Positions 52,701 through 64,000 of a stretch of 64,000 nucleotides of DNA are shown piece after piece. Source of the stretch: Schmidtea polychroa. Taxonomy: Eukaryota. Under the pieces are notes generated by a model. The model worked only from the letters and a program-made list of their open reading frames with translations. It was not told where the DNA came from and ran no database searches. The DNA lies in assembly GCA_044892525.1 (NCBI GenBank), contig CM097888.1:53816001-53880000 (forward strand). Direction: 5' to 3'. Each line of letters starts with the position of its first letter. Within the stretch, counting starts at the first letter, position 1. The translations under genes were made by a program, and so were the position numbers.

Positions 52701-55700
52701 TGACAAATACCGTATTTTAGCGCATATAACGCGCGCGTTATACGCATTTTTACAAACCGTGCACCCCCCATGCGCGGTATCTGTGGGTGCGCGCTTTATG
52801 ATTTATATTTTACACGTTCATTATTATTTAATTATTATTTAATTTTCTTGAAATTATTATCAAGTTAATTAAAATAAAATAAATCAATTTAATTTAATTA
52901 AATTAAATATTAATTAGCAAAGTAATCAATTTTCAAGAATATCTTTATTGTTTATTAAAACTAAAATTGAATGTGAATATTTTTAAATGAACCTATTTCG
53001 GAAAAATAGGCAAGAGCTGCAGATTCGTGACCCCTGTAAAATTTATACCATTCTTCGGACCTGCGTAAAATTGTCTTAGATTACGCTAATGAAACAAGAA
53101 ATTCTTTCAAAACCGAAAATCGTATTTATTATAAGAAAGCAAAGATTTAAATCGAAATGGTAAAAAAGCAGAATTGATACGATAGTATACGATGTTAAGT
53201 CTCTAGTAAAGGAAGGGTTACTGGTATAAAAAGAATGATATGTTGAATGAATTAAAATTATTTCCAATTAATTGAAATACGTATGTTCACATATGTTTCA
53301 CAATGAGAATCGCATAAGATGGTGCATTTGCTATCTATATATATTTGCTATCTATAATTTTTTATCTGACTGAATTTCCATTCATTATCCACGCCCAGAA
53401 TCTTACTGCGACTTTAGACTATGAATTTAATATTGTCAAAATGTTTTCCATGTTCTTTTTTTTGCCTGTTGGGCAAACAGATGTCGATTGAAATTTGTAC
53501 AACATGCCATTTATCTAACATTAATCCAGTTTAAAATCAAAAAATATTTATTATATATTATTTATTACTTATTATATATTATTTAAAATTTAAGAGTAAG
53601 ATATTTTAATAAATTAATTTGATTTATAAAAGTGAAAATATAAACGTTAAAATGACGAAACTTTATTTTTGAAAAATATCCGAGCTGATCATTATGTATT
53701 GGTTCATAACGTGTATACCATGAGACTCTTGTTAAAACATTTTGACTCTACTATAGACAAAGGTTCATAATGTTTACCAGTTGCTCTGACATTTTGCTCA
53801 TGACTCAATTACGAAAACAATCTTTTTACTAAAAATAAATTTCATTGGCTTTAAAAAAACATAATCACAAAGTATAAGTACAAGTTAAATTGATTTATAT
53901 TTAACATTATTTAATCGTAAATAAATTATTTAAAATATTTTATTGGCAAGTCCCTGACTAAAAGTGATAAATATTAAATATGTAAATAATTTCATTTAAT
54001 TAATATTTAGTTTATACTAATAATTTTAAGGTTTATAATACAATATATAAGATATAATATGAAAAACTAATATTATCAATTTTTGTGCGACTCCTGGTAC
54101 ACATCTATCACTAAGTTTTATGTAAGGATGAAACACTTTTAATTGGATTAAATTTGGTTTATATGTATAGTTAAAATGCTACGATATCATCATATTTATT
54201 CACTTAACTCGAGCACGTTGAGTGACGCAACATTATTAGAGATATGCTAGGGTTATAAGTCTTCTATTGTATGTTAAAATTATTTAATTGTCCACTAAAT
54301 GTTATAAGCGTAAGCAGTGCTTTTTTTCTGACGGAACGCTCCGGAACGGCGTTCCGGCACCTTTTTTTCGCTGAATGATTTAAAAAAATTGACATGTTTT
54401 GGTTTTTTGCCATATCTCTATTTCTGACATTTCGAATAGTCAATTACAATCAAATTAAAAGTAGTAGTCGTACGCCAAAGCGAGTGAATCATAACTCCGT
54501 ACTTCCTATGTGTTATTACTATTATATAAAACACGCTCACGGTAAATATACGCCATTAATATATTAAAATCGTTTCCTGTCGTCGGTAATAAGAGTATAT
54601 TTTGTGTCCTGCATAATTATTTTATTTGTTAGCTAATTTCAGCGTCATTTTTTTGCATATAAAGGATAGTACAGATACGTTCCGGCAACTTTTTCTCCAT
54701 AAAAAAGCACTGAGTGTAAGCAATATGTCGAAATAATTAAATTTGATTTCAATTTCAGAAAAATAAACATCAAAATGAAAACAGCAGATCAAAGATCATA
54801 TTTTTGATACAATAATGAGTAACCGTTTAATATTTAACCGCTTGGCACATAAAGCGAACAGATTTCGTAAACATTCTTCATTAATGACCTTATACAAATC
54901 TGATTAGGACTTTAAATTTGTGTATATTCTCTAAATGATTCATTTATAGACAGAACTATATTTTTTGTTATTTGTTTCATTTATTAACTTGATTGTCACA
55001 ATTTCGGTGTAATAAACAGTGTAATAAATTTTGCTAGTTATCCTTCAATAGGCTTGTCATTTAGAAAGAAAACTCTATGATATTATTTTCATAGTACTTT
55101 CCAAATTGTTTTTACACGTGTATGTTTTAATATGAATTGATAAAGTAAAATATTATTTTCATGACAAAACATTCCTATTAATTTTAAAATGCCATTTTTT
55201 AAAAACAAGTTTTCTAAAGGTAATCATGCAATCTCTACTGGAATTAAACACTGAGAATATTACTATATGTAAAAGTTATCTAGCAACTTTTGATTAAGAA
55301 ATTATTAAGGATTATTGTTATAATCGGAAATTATTTCATTTTATTATATGTTATAGTTAAAGCATAAACCTAAACAATGTATACATTAANNNNNNNNNNN
55401 NNNNNNNNNNNNNNNNNNNNNNNNNNNNNNNNNNNNNNNNNNNNNNNNNNNNNNNNNNNNNNNNNNNNNNNNNNNNNNNNNNNNNNNNNNNNNNNNNNNN
55501 NNNNNNNNNNNNNNNNNNNNNNNNNNNNNNNNNNNNCAGTTTATTACAATCTTACATTCCACCGTCTCCTTACTATAATTAAGATAACCTAAGTTAAAAC
55601 ATTTATTATTTGTATGTCATTCATTAAAACAATCTAAAAAGTTGATAAATTAAAAAATTTTTAGTGAAGACTTTCATATGCAATCTTTTTTAAACCGATA

Positions 55701-56133
55701 CCATCATTTATTTTAATCAGGTACCCACTCGAGTAGATACAGAATATTGAAGCTATGTTCAAAAATATAAACAATATAAAATTTTCTTAAAAGATTTTTA
55801 TTTCAATTTAAAATAATAAGATATCAAATAATGTTTCTATCGTTGGATTTCTTTCAAAAAATTTGACATTAATTTATTAATTAACGGGCAGTTTTGATTA
55901 ATCAAATAATGTTTCAGTGATGGGAACGATAATAATGTTGACGGCAGTCCCGGTTTATTTGATCGGAGTCAAATGGAATAAGCCTAAGGCATTCAATAGG
56001 AAATTGGGTATGATTCGGATTATTTTATGATAATTCGTTGAATCACTTTCTTCTAGATGATTTTACAAAATTCGTTCAAAAGTTATTCATTGTTGTAGCA
56101 ACGGAATCTGACGAATCTCTGAAATTGTGCTAA
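40744..56133 (+). CDS. SLC7 family L-type amino acid transporter light chain (LAT-like), 490 aa; exons 40744-41212, 43037-43162, 44103-44371, 48881-49081, 49137-49292, 49391-49475, 55918-56007, 56057-56133
   Basis: All junctions are GT-AG with consistent phases; total 1473 nt. Motifs [15 protein letters not shown]...[52 protein letters not shown]...[21 protein letters not shown]. Extracellular Cys (FLNCVQP, 41164-41166) sits where light chains link to the SLC3 heavy chain. A possible extra ATG exon ends at 40422, spliced to 40729. The specific SLC7A ortholog is not assignable. Confidence 0.95.
43808..43889. mobile_element. 82-bp hairpin MITE; longer relatives at 27428-27500 and 59529-59801
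   Basis: Arms TATTAAAAAGTTTGACTATGAATCA and TGATTCATAGTCAATTTTTTAATA. The core GAATCAGTAAATATATCGATG is shared with the other copies. Confidence 0.75.
44867..45659 (+). mobile_element. Solo LTR (793 bp) in SLC7 intron 3
   Basis: Perfect TGTTGG...CCAACA termini; 4-bp TSD AATA (44863-44866, 45660-45663); internal TATAAA and AATAAA. Confidence 0.85.
52136..52344 (+). mobile_element. Non-autonomous Helitron, about 209 bp
   Basis: A|TCTATAC 5' end; 3' end CGTGCAACGCCGGGTACCCCAGCCAG|T (CTAG mutated to CCAG); inserted between A and T. Confidence 0.55.
52392..53036. mobile_element. Degenerate Buster-type hAT MITE containing a one-ended Tc2-like fragment at 52710
   Basis: Left end CAGAGGTCGGCAACC preceded by CTTTATAC; right end GAGCTGCAGATTCGTGACCCCTG; TSD not matching; internal TA|CCGTATTTTAGCGCATATAACGCGC. 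Confidence 0.55.
54315..54712. mobile_element. hAT (Tip100/Ac-like) MITE, 398 bp
   Basis: 12-bp TIR CAGTGCTTTTTT; 8-bp TSD AGCGTAAG/AGTGTAAG (1 mismatch); subterminal GTTCCGGCA repeats. Confidence 0.85.
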
Positions 56134-56766
56134 AAACCTTGTTAGCCATAAATATGGATCGTTTTATGTTTTGGTGTTTTTATTCGTAAAATATGATTAT
56201 TTCTATTGTGGTTTGATTCCATTACATTTCACATGTTAACTGGAGAATTTAGTTTTAAAAATCTATTTCTGAATGTAAAAAAATCAACCAATAATTAGTA
56301 TTTACACTTATAATTAATGAATACCAACGGAAATGAATGTATTTGTTCACACGATAAGTATGCTTGGGAAACACAGTTAATAGACAAATAGTAATTAAAC
56401 TAAGTGTAATTTTTAAACTAATAGAGAATATCGGGAAAACTAAGCCCAATGGCAAAACGATTAAAATTCCCATATACTTTTTGTCCTATATCAGATTGGA
56501 TATCAATTAAATAAATATATATTTAACTACAATATATTTCGACTCACTGTCATCGTCAGGTAGACTTGAAATTCAAACTAAATCAATCTAAATTGCTCTT
56601 TTTTGAACAAAGCAATTCATTAATGTCTTTCAATATAATTTTTCTAAAAAATCATAAAATTCTGTTTTCTCAATTCAAACTTTTAAAAATTTTAAAAGTT
56701 TTAAAATTTTAAAATTTTCGAAATTCACAAAAGTTGAAATCAAAAAACATTTCAATAAACTTTTCA

Positions 56767-57016
56767 CAAAATTGTGTTTACTAATATTAATCAATTCCTT
56801 CAGTCGATAGTGATCAGGAACTTGAAAACAGAGATGGCAGGCAGAAACCGCCTTACAACAATGAATACAAAATTTCTTGTTCAAAAACCTTTACGCAAAC
56901 TATATAACATTCCAAATACAGAAATGTAAACCTAAACATGAAATTGTGTTTACTGATATAAATCGATTCCCTTAGTCGACAGTTATCAAGAACTTGAGAA
57001 CGGAGATGATGGACAG
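56767..57016. repeat. Two diverged ~75-bp direct repeats 174 bp apart, possibly Penelope-like 3' remnants
   Basis: AAATTGTGTTTACT...AGTCGA.AGT.ATCA.GAACTTGA.AAC.GAGATG occurs twice; the minus-strand translation RL(K/R)E(L/S)I(N/Y)ISKHNF is kept in both copies. Confidence 0.55.
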
Positions 57017-57782
57017 TCCAACTTATTTGAATGAGTCAAGTCCAACTGACAAAGTAAGCTATATCCCAAAAAATAATATAAAGATAAACAGTTTATGCTC
57101 TGTATTTCAACTTTTCAATATATCAACAAATAGACCAAATTTTCTTTGTACTTTTCTTAATACTTAAAAACAATATGTAATTAATGTTTCTGTAAAGAAA
57201 TTATTTTTCGCAAACATAAAATTAGTGACCCTACTCCAGGAAACCTTAAATGACACAAGAACTAAATTCTATTTTTCTTTGTTCAATAACAACTATAAGC
57301 CCTTACCTAACTATTAAAACATGACTTTCAGTATTATCATATTTACTTAAATAAAAAAAACATCTCTCCACTCATTTTCCTTGACATATTTTTTAACCAC
57401 TGAAGCACCTCATTTTGCATTTGAAACATTACTTACTTAATTTCTGGATTTGCACTGTTAATTTAAATTTATTTATTTTCATTATGACAAAAGATTAAAA
57501 CAAATGAAATATCAAAAAAGAAAAAACAGATCAAAGGTGACAAAAAATATTAATTATTTTACTGAGATTTACTAATCAATTTAATATTTAATTTTGAAAA
57601 ATAAAATCAAGGAAATTTTAATATTAATTTTCATTATTTATATTAATTATTAAATCTAATATATAAAAATGAAACTGTCTGTGTTTGTATGTCCGGATAT
57701 ATAAACTTCAAATTATGGGTAAAAGGTAGACAAATATATTCAATTTTTCAAGTTATAAACGCAAAAGACCGAACTTCAAATT

Positions 57783-58178
57783 CTAAAAAAATGTCAAAAT
57801 TATCCGATAAAATAACAAGAAAATTCGCTTTTCAGACGATTTTAGAACGTTTATTTTTTTTTTACATTTTCTCTTTTTTTGTCTCTTTAATATTTCATTC
57901 TCTCGGTACGGTATATTTGATGGGTATGATATGGTAGGACGAGGTATGGCTGAATAGAGTGAGATTGTAATTTTGTGATTTTTGAACAGAAATGAAGAAA
58001 ATAATGAACTTTTCATGTAATTATCTTTTTCAGTTAGTTTAATATCACTGCACGGGGCCGCTTGTAATATTTTTTTATATTCCAAATAGCTCCTGACAGC
58101 ATCTAGTACATTAAAAGTCTTTAAATAGTAGCGGGTACTTTTTGGAGACTCCCAGCCGACTTCTTTTTTTGCGAACAT
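57783..58178 (-). CDS. Unassigned 131-codon ORF
   Basis: ATG-initiated and long for this base composition; basic KRQKKRKCKKK patch; no recognised domain. Confidence 0.2.
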   Translation of the reverse strand: MFAKKEVGWESPKSTRYYLKTFNVLDAVRSYLEYKKILQAAPCSDIKLTEKDNYMKSSLFSSFLFKNHKITISLYSAIPRPTISYPSNIPYRENEILKRQKKRKCKKKINVLKSSEKRIFLLFYRIILTFF

Positions 58179-61100
58179 CCAAAATTATTTTTATCAGTAA
58201 TTACGTAATATTTTTTTTAATTTTGTTTGGATAACTGAATACGTCATCAAATTTGATTTTTATGAGAATTGTTTACAACTATATATTTGACATTAACTCT
58301 CTATTTAATGAGACTATGGCGTAATCAACATTTTGAAATTTCATTTTTAGTATACCATTTTTGAATTTACATATCATCACAATTTGAAATATTTTCACTC
58401 AAACAATATATAAATAGATTTGAATTCTCTACACAATTTATAATTATTAAATTTAAATAAATGAAATATAATATTTTATGAAATTAATATTAAATGTTCA
58501 ATTCGGCATTCGAAGATGTCAACAGTAAAAATATTATGTCACTCATAATTATTACACGAAATTAATAAGTTGCGCATTATTTATTTGCAATTATTTGAAA
58601 TGAGAAAATAATCTTATCAAATTTGACAGTTTTGAGAAAATATATTCAGTTTACCTTCGAATTATATAATCATTTATTGAAACTGTTTCAAAGTGTAATA
58701 AATACTGTCAGGTCCTATAGACATGATAACATATATATTTATGCGTGATTTTTCCATGATAGTCCAAATATAGGATATTTTAGATATTATTTTCACGTTT
58801 ATTTACAATAAAATTTTACAATGTCCTGGACTTCTCATTTATTATTCAATGTCCATTAGGAAAAAATAATATCAGCTAGAAAAAATTTTTTTTCTGGTTA
58901 AATTATCATTGAAAGTTTCATGGAAACATTATAATATAACCATCTAATTGAATTATTAAAAAAGTTTGGAAATAGAATTTTTTAGTGAAAAATAAAAATA
59001 AAATATTGATTTTTTGATTTCTATTGAGATTAAAAGATATAATTATATTATGAATTAATATTAATTTTAAAATAATTATCAATTATAAAGTATTGTTTAA
59101 TATTAACACATTAGCTTCCCTGATGTTTTATTATTTTTTAATATTTAAAATTTAATTTTATACAACAAAATTTATATAAAACACTTCTAATGTTGTTCTT
59201 AATGTATTTTTATGTTGGACAGTTTGCCTGCTGCACAAGTGCACCAAACAAAAATATCTAACATACACGACAAAATTTTCGAAAACTCTGGCAGTTAAAT
59301 TAAATCTATTTGATTAATGCTCAAAAAGGATTATTGAAAGTTGTTTTAATAAACAATATTTCAGACAAATTTTTATTTAAAAAAATATGTTATTTTATTT
59401 TATATATAATAAAACAGTTATTTTTGTTTTTAAAATGACATCAAAGATTAGAGGAATCGGATAAGGACCAACTGAAGCCATTCTGCTTACTCCACAGCAG
59501 TCATCACATATTACTAATATCCCATACGTATTTATTAAAAAACTTGACTATGAATCAGTAAAGATGTCGATGATTTTCTTTGATATTGACGAATTTTTGG
59601 CACTGNNNNNNNNNNNNNNNNNNNNNNNNNNNNNNNNNNNNNNNNNNNNNNNNNNNNNNNNNNNNNNNNNNNNNNNNNNNNNNNNNNNNNNNNNNNNNNN
59701 NNNNNNNNNNNNNNNNNNNNNNNNNNNNNNNNNNNNNNNNNNNNNNNNNNNNNNNNNNNNNNNNNNNNNNNNNNNNNNNNNNNNNNNNNNTTTAATAAAT
59801 AAATAGCCAATACCTTAATAAAAATGAAGAGAATTCATTGGGAGTTATTCGATACAATTATTAATGTCTTTTTGGTGAAGGAGAGTGCATGATTGATTAA
59901 TATCGAATAACACAAGTGCAGCATGACATCCTCAATTCTTATTGTAATGTAATATACCGATTTTGAAAATTTATTTCCCCCTCCAGCTTATTCATCCTTA
60001 TTCATTTCGATTTAAAGAGCCAATAATTAATTAATTAAATTCATTCGTCAAGTGGATTACATAAAAATATTTAATCAAATATTAATTTGATAAGAAATTG
60101 CAAAATAAGTTTTAATGAAATGGGATTACGAAAAAAATGCATTTTTTAATGTTTTAATTGTTAGGGAAATATAACTCGTTATTAAAGTGAAATAGGAAAA
60201 ATATTTATGCTAGCTATATTGCATCAGAATGGAAGTTCCCAGGCTATGTCACCATAAGGATACCCATGTTGCAATGGAGAATAAATGTTTTTGTATGATC
60301 AGCATAAAATTGTCACCACTTAAAAATGGTCTACTTTAGGAAAAAAAGTAAATTTTTAAGGTATAGTCTCTTTCGACTCTGCTATATCTGGTTAATGTTG
60401 ATTTATTTTTTATACTATAGTTTTCTTGATATTATTTTACTTTCTATTATCTTTATTTCCCTTTAAATTTTTGTTTAAATTGAAAATTATGTAACCAAAA
60501 TAAGAAAAAAATCCCCAAAATAAATTTCAATGAAGTCATTGGAGTATCATGATTCATTGAGAATGATCCAGTTCTTTAAGATAGAAATAATCATAATAAC
60601 AATCATAATAATCATAATAATATCAACACATTATAATCGGGGACAAATAGTTTATAAAACCTTTACATACTAAATTAATCGCGAAACATGTTCAAAAGAA
60701 TTGTAAATATAAGCATTTAAGTGTGTAAAGCACAAATATGCGCACTCGAACTGTAACATTTACATATTTATATATACAAAAAGATTTGTTTTAAATGGTA
60801 AAAAAATCAACCATAAAAGATGATTTTTGAAACTCTCTATATTTCACTTTGTTAATTTCAACATATTTAAGATATAAATACGTTATCTCTTTAATCCGAA
60901 GTTAATGAATAGATAAGAATTTATATTGAAATAAGGAAACAACACTAGATTTGACATATCAATATTTTTTAAATTAACCCACTTTCCGTGATCGGATCGT
61001 TCTGAAATTTTGATAGCATGCAGTGTTCTCGACACCAAATAGACTTGCCAAATTTTCAGCCCAACCCGGAAAGTAAGTTAATTTGGCCTCACAAAATTTG

Positions 61101-64000
61101 TGTTGCACATACAAAAATTCCATCAGCGAAGTTAATAGAGAGAGAGAGTAAAAATATTGATCTAAATGAAGATAAATGAAATTCAAATCATATATCCGTG
61201 CATTCAGCTGCATTTGGCGTATTTTCACGTGAAGAATTGTGGAGATTAAAGTCAACTGATGTAAATTTAAATGATTTTAAATGATAGACGACAAATTTAA
61301 TTTAAATATTCATATATATTTGGATTTATAAAAACAAATTTATGAAATAAATTATAATGATATTAAGTTATCAGAATGAATTTAATAAAATTAATAATTA
61401 ATTTACATCAGTAATAAATAATTCAATACAATAAAATATAATTTTTGAAATGGCGTGTTTTTGTTATTTTGTTTGAATTAATCGATTTTGTAAAATATAA
61501 ACTTAATGGGTTTAATTCCCAAAAAAATACTGAAGGGAAATGAAATGAGAATTTGGGAGAAATCTGTTAAATTATCACGAAATATTGATTGAAAAATAAA
61601 AATGTGGTTTTTTTAAGACAAAATGTTTAATTGGAACAATTTTTTGAATAGGAAATACGACTGATGACTGAAGGAAATGCTTATAGAAATTTACAGACAG
61701 ATTATACTCTGTCAGTTATTGTTAAATCCATGCTAGAAATACGGACATAAAAAATTTAATATCTCTATTTAAATAAAGAAAAACAAATTAAATACATTTT
61801 TTACTTAAACAAATTTTTATTTAAATTCTAATTTTTGAGAAATAAACATTATAGAAAAATTTAAATAAATAAAAATTTATAAATCACCAACTTCTGAGCT
61901 CCCAAACAAAATTGGTTTTGTTGTATACATTAATATCTTATTTTCCTATATTTCGGTGAAAAACTATCAACAAATTAGAAAATAAAATATATCATAAATT
62001 ATTTATTTATAGTCTGATTATTTCAACTCATTTCAACTCTTACATAACATTTTTGGTTTATATTTTTGTATCGTTGAAAATGTATAATTCAAAATAAAAC
62101 TAATTTCAAACAATGAGGATGGCGATTTCATTGATATTCTATATATTAAAGACAAATATATAACATTGTGCTAATTAAAACAAACATTATGATATCTTGT
62201 TAAATGAATATATATATATATATATATCAAAGATTTATAGTTTATGATGGAATAATATTACAAGTTGAAAATATTTACACTGACATAAAAATTCCAGGTG
62301 AAAAAACTGTTGCTGAAGCTCACCACCTGAGAAGGTTCAGAAAGTTTTTTATATTGAAATTAATATTAAGTTTGTTTGCTATTTAAATAATTAATTTTCC
62401 CTGGATTTCCTTCTTAATGTCAGAATTCAAAACTAATTATATCATGCCAAATTAAGCCTCTTTCCTATATGAAACTTATTATTTCATTTTAGCTTGATTT
62501 CCCGAAAATGTGTATGAAAATTACATCAAAAAGAAAAGAATATCATAGCTTTCTATAATCATTTACAATACATTCCACAATAATTAAAAAAAATCACAGG
62601 TAAAGGGTTAAATTATGGAAAATGCTACATAAACCAAATAATTTACAGAAATCATGAAAGAAGTCAAATGAACAAAAGTTGTAGAATGAAATGTTTATGA
62701 ATTAAATTTCTACTCAAAAATGTCATGCACTACAAAATGCTTACGGTTAAAATGTCGGTCGAAACATTATCTTTAAAATTTTGTTTTAATAAATATCCTA
62801 AAATGTGAAATTATTTCAAAGATTCAATTGAAATATTGGAAAGCTGAAAAGACATTATTTTTTTCAAATAATTAAATTAAAAATAACTTGTTCTTTAACG
62901 CAGTGATTTTCAAGCTTTTTTTCTTTCACGGAACCCTTTTAATTATCTACAAATATCAAATATCAAATGTAATTGTACTGTAAATAAGACTACTCGTATA
63001 TATGTATTATTATTTATCTATTTCTCATTTATTGTTTCAGATACCAAAGATTATGAAATAATGTTTTTGATAATAGAAGTTTATTTTCCTTATATATGCT
63101 ATTTCTCAATTGCTTAGTGACAAATATATAATAATAATAATACTTTTAGATGTACTGAGCTAATGTTGTTTTTGCACTAAAACATGGAATTGAAAATATA
63201 TATATCTGAAGGTTCTAGTACAAATCTTAGTTGCCAATCATTACCTGAACATATTTTGTACAAGATGTTCACCGTTGCATAGCAGATGAGCCGTTAGCAC
63301 TTCAAGTTTACCAACGAGTGCGATTTACACTGAAAATATTTGACCAATTTTTTTACTAATTTTATGTTAACTNNNNNNNNNNNNNNNNNNNNNNNNNNNN
63401 NNNNNNNNNNNNNNNNNNNNNNNNNNNNNNNNNNNNNNNNNNNNNNNNNNNNNNNNNNNNNNNNNNNNNNNNNNNNNNNNNNNNNNNNNNNNNNNNNNNN
63501 NNNNNNNNNNNNNNNNNNNNNNNNNNNNNNNNNNNNNNNNNNNNNNNNNNNNNNNNNNNNAAATAAATTTCATTAGATTTTCAATTTATAATGAACAAGC
63601 ATTTAACTGTAAATTAAATTAGCCGATAATTAAAAGTTAATCAAATAATTAAAAAATAAGTTTTTATTTTTTAAAATATATCGATTTAGGATTAATATTT
63701 TAAAATTGACAGTAAAAATATCTGAAAATTAGTATTGTTTAATTTTGCAAAATATAATTAAATATTTTGATTACATATTCGGATGAAGTTATTTTTGTTA
63801 ATGAGGAAATATATTTTCAATCAAATTAAGAATTAACCCCTTTCATCTCACTTAAAAAACAATTTAATGTTTTATGTAAATTTGTTTTTGATGAAATACC
63901 AGAGAAATTCATGAAATCACACACCAGGTTAATTTTGATGTAATTTTTAACAAATTTTTGAAAATCAAGATAAAACGTTTTATTACGTTTCACATTAAGA

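Noticed and set aside
63245-63329. 85-bp minus-strand exon candidate with good splice sites
   Set aside because: Stops in all frames apart from a terminal ATG TTC AG; no downstream exon could be linked.
1201-63560. Eight N runs (1201-1352, 1804-1933, 14004-14194, 24096-24309, 33777-33948, 55390-55536, 59606-59790, 63373-63560) and the X-rich ORFs crossing them
   Set aside because: Assembly gaps or masked sequence with no shared flanking motif; the ORFs are artefacts of N codons.
1-64000. CRISPR arrays, rRNA genes or prokaryotic operons
   Set aside because: No regularly spaced repeat-spacer array or rRNA-like sequence; intron-containing genes show eukaryotic DNA.

Overview
Very AT-rich eukaryotic (invertebrate) genomic DNA with 49-98 bp short introns, (AAT)n microsatellites and eight N gaps. 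A freshwater planarian/flatworm is plausible but cannot be proven from the sequence. Two host genes can be reconstructed exon by exon on the + strand: a coiled-coil gene resembling CCDC160 (35211-37996, first exon not found) and a complete 8-exon SLC7/LAT-type amino-acid transporter light chain (40744-56133, 490 aa). The rest is dominated by transposons. A Buster-type hAT element (3084-10023; 16-bp TIRs, perfect ATTTAGAT TSD, transposase with one nonsense codon) carries a decayed, 3'-truncated Ty3/Gypsy retrotransposon on the opposite strand. There are also two related ~780-bp solo LTRs, hAT remnants, hAT/Tc2/piggyBac MITEs and Helitron-like ends. The most intriguing signals are: (i) a 16/17-nt complementarity plus a 12-nt direct repeat linking the Gypsy LTR U3 to the sequence just downstream of the gag-pol slippery site, a candidate long-range frameshift element; (ii) a gag start codon formed at the LTR/PBS junction; (iii) a minus-strand terminal exon ending in ...LRFG-stop, a possible RFamide precursor; (iv) inverted repeats flanking SLC7 exons 2-3; (v) Cys at the SLC7 TM6 specificity position. 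No CRISPR array, rRNA or tRNA gene was seen. All homology calls are from motif recall, not database searches.
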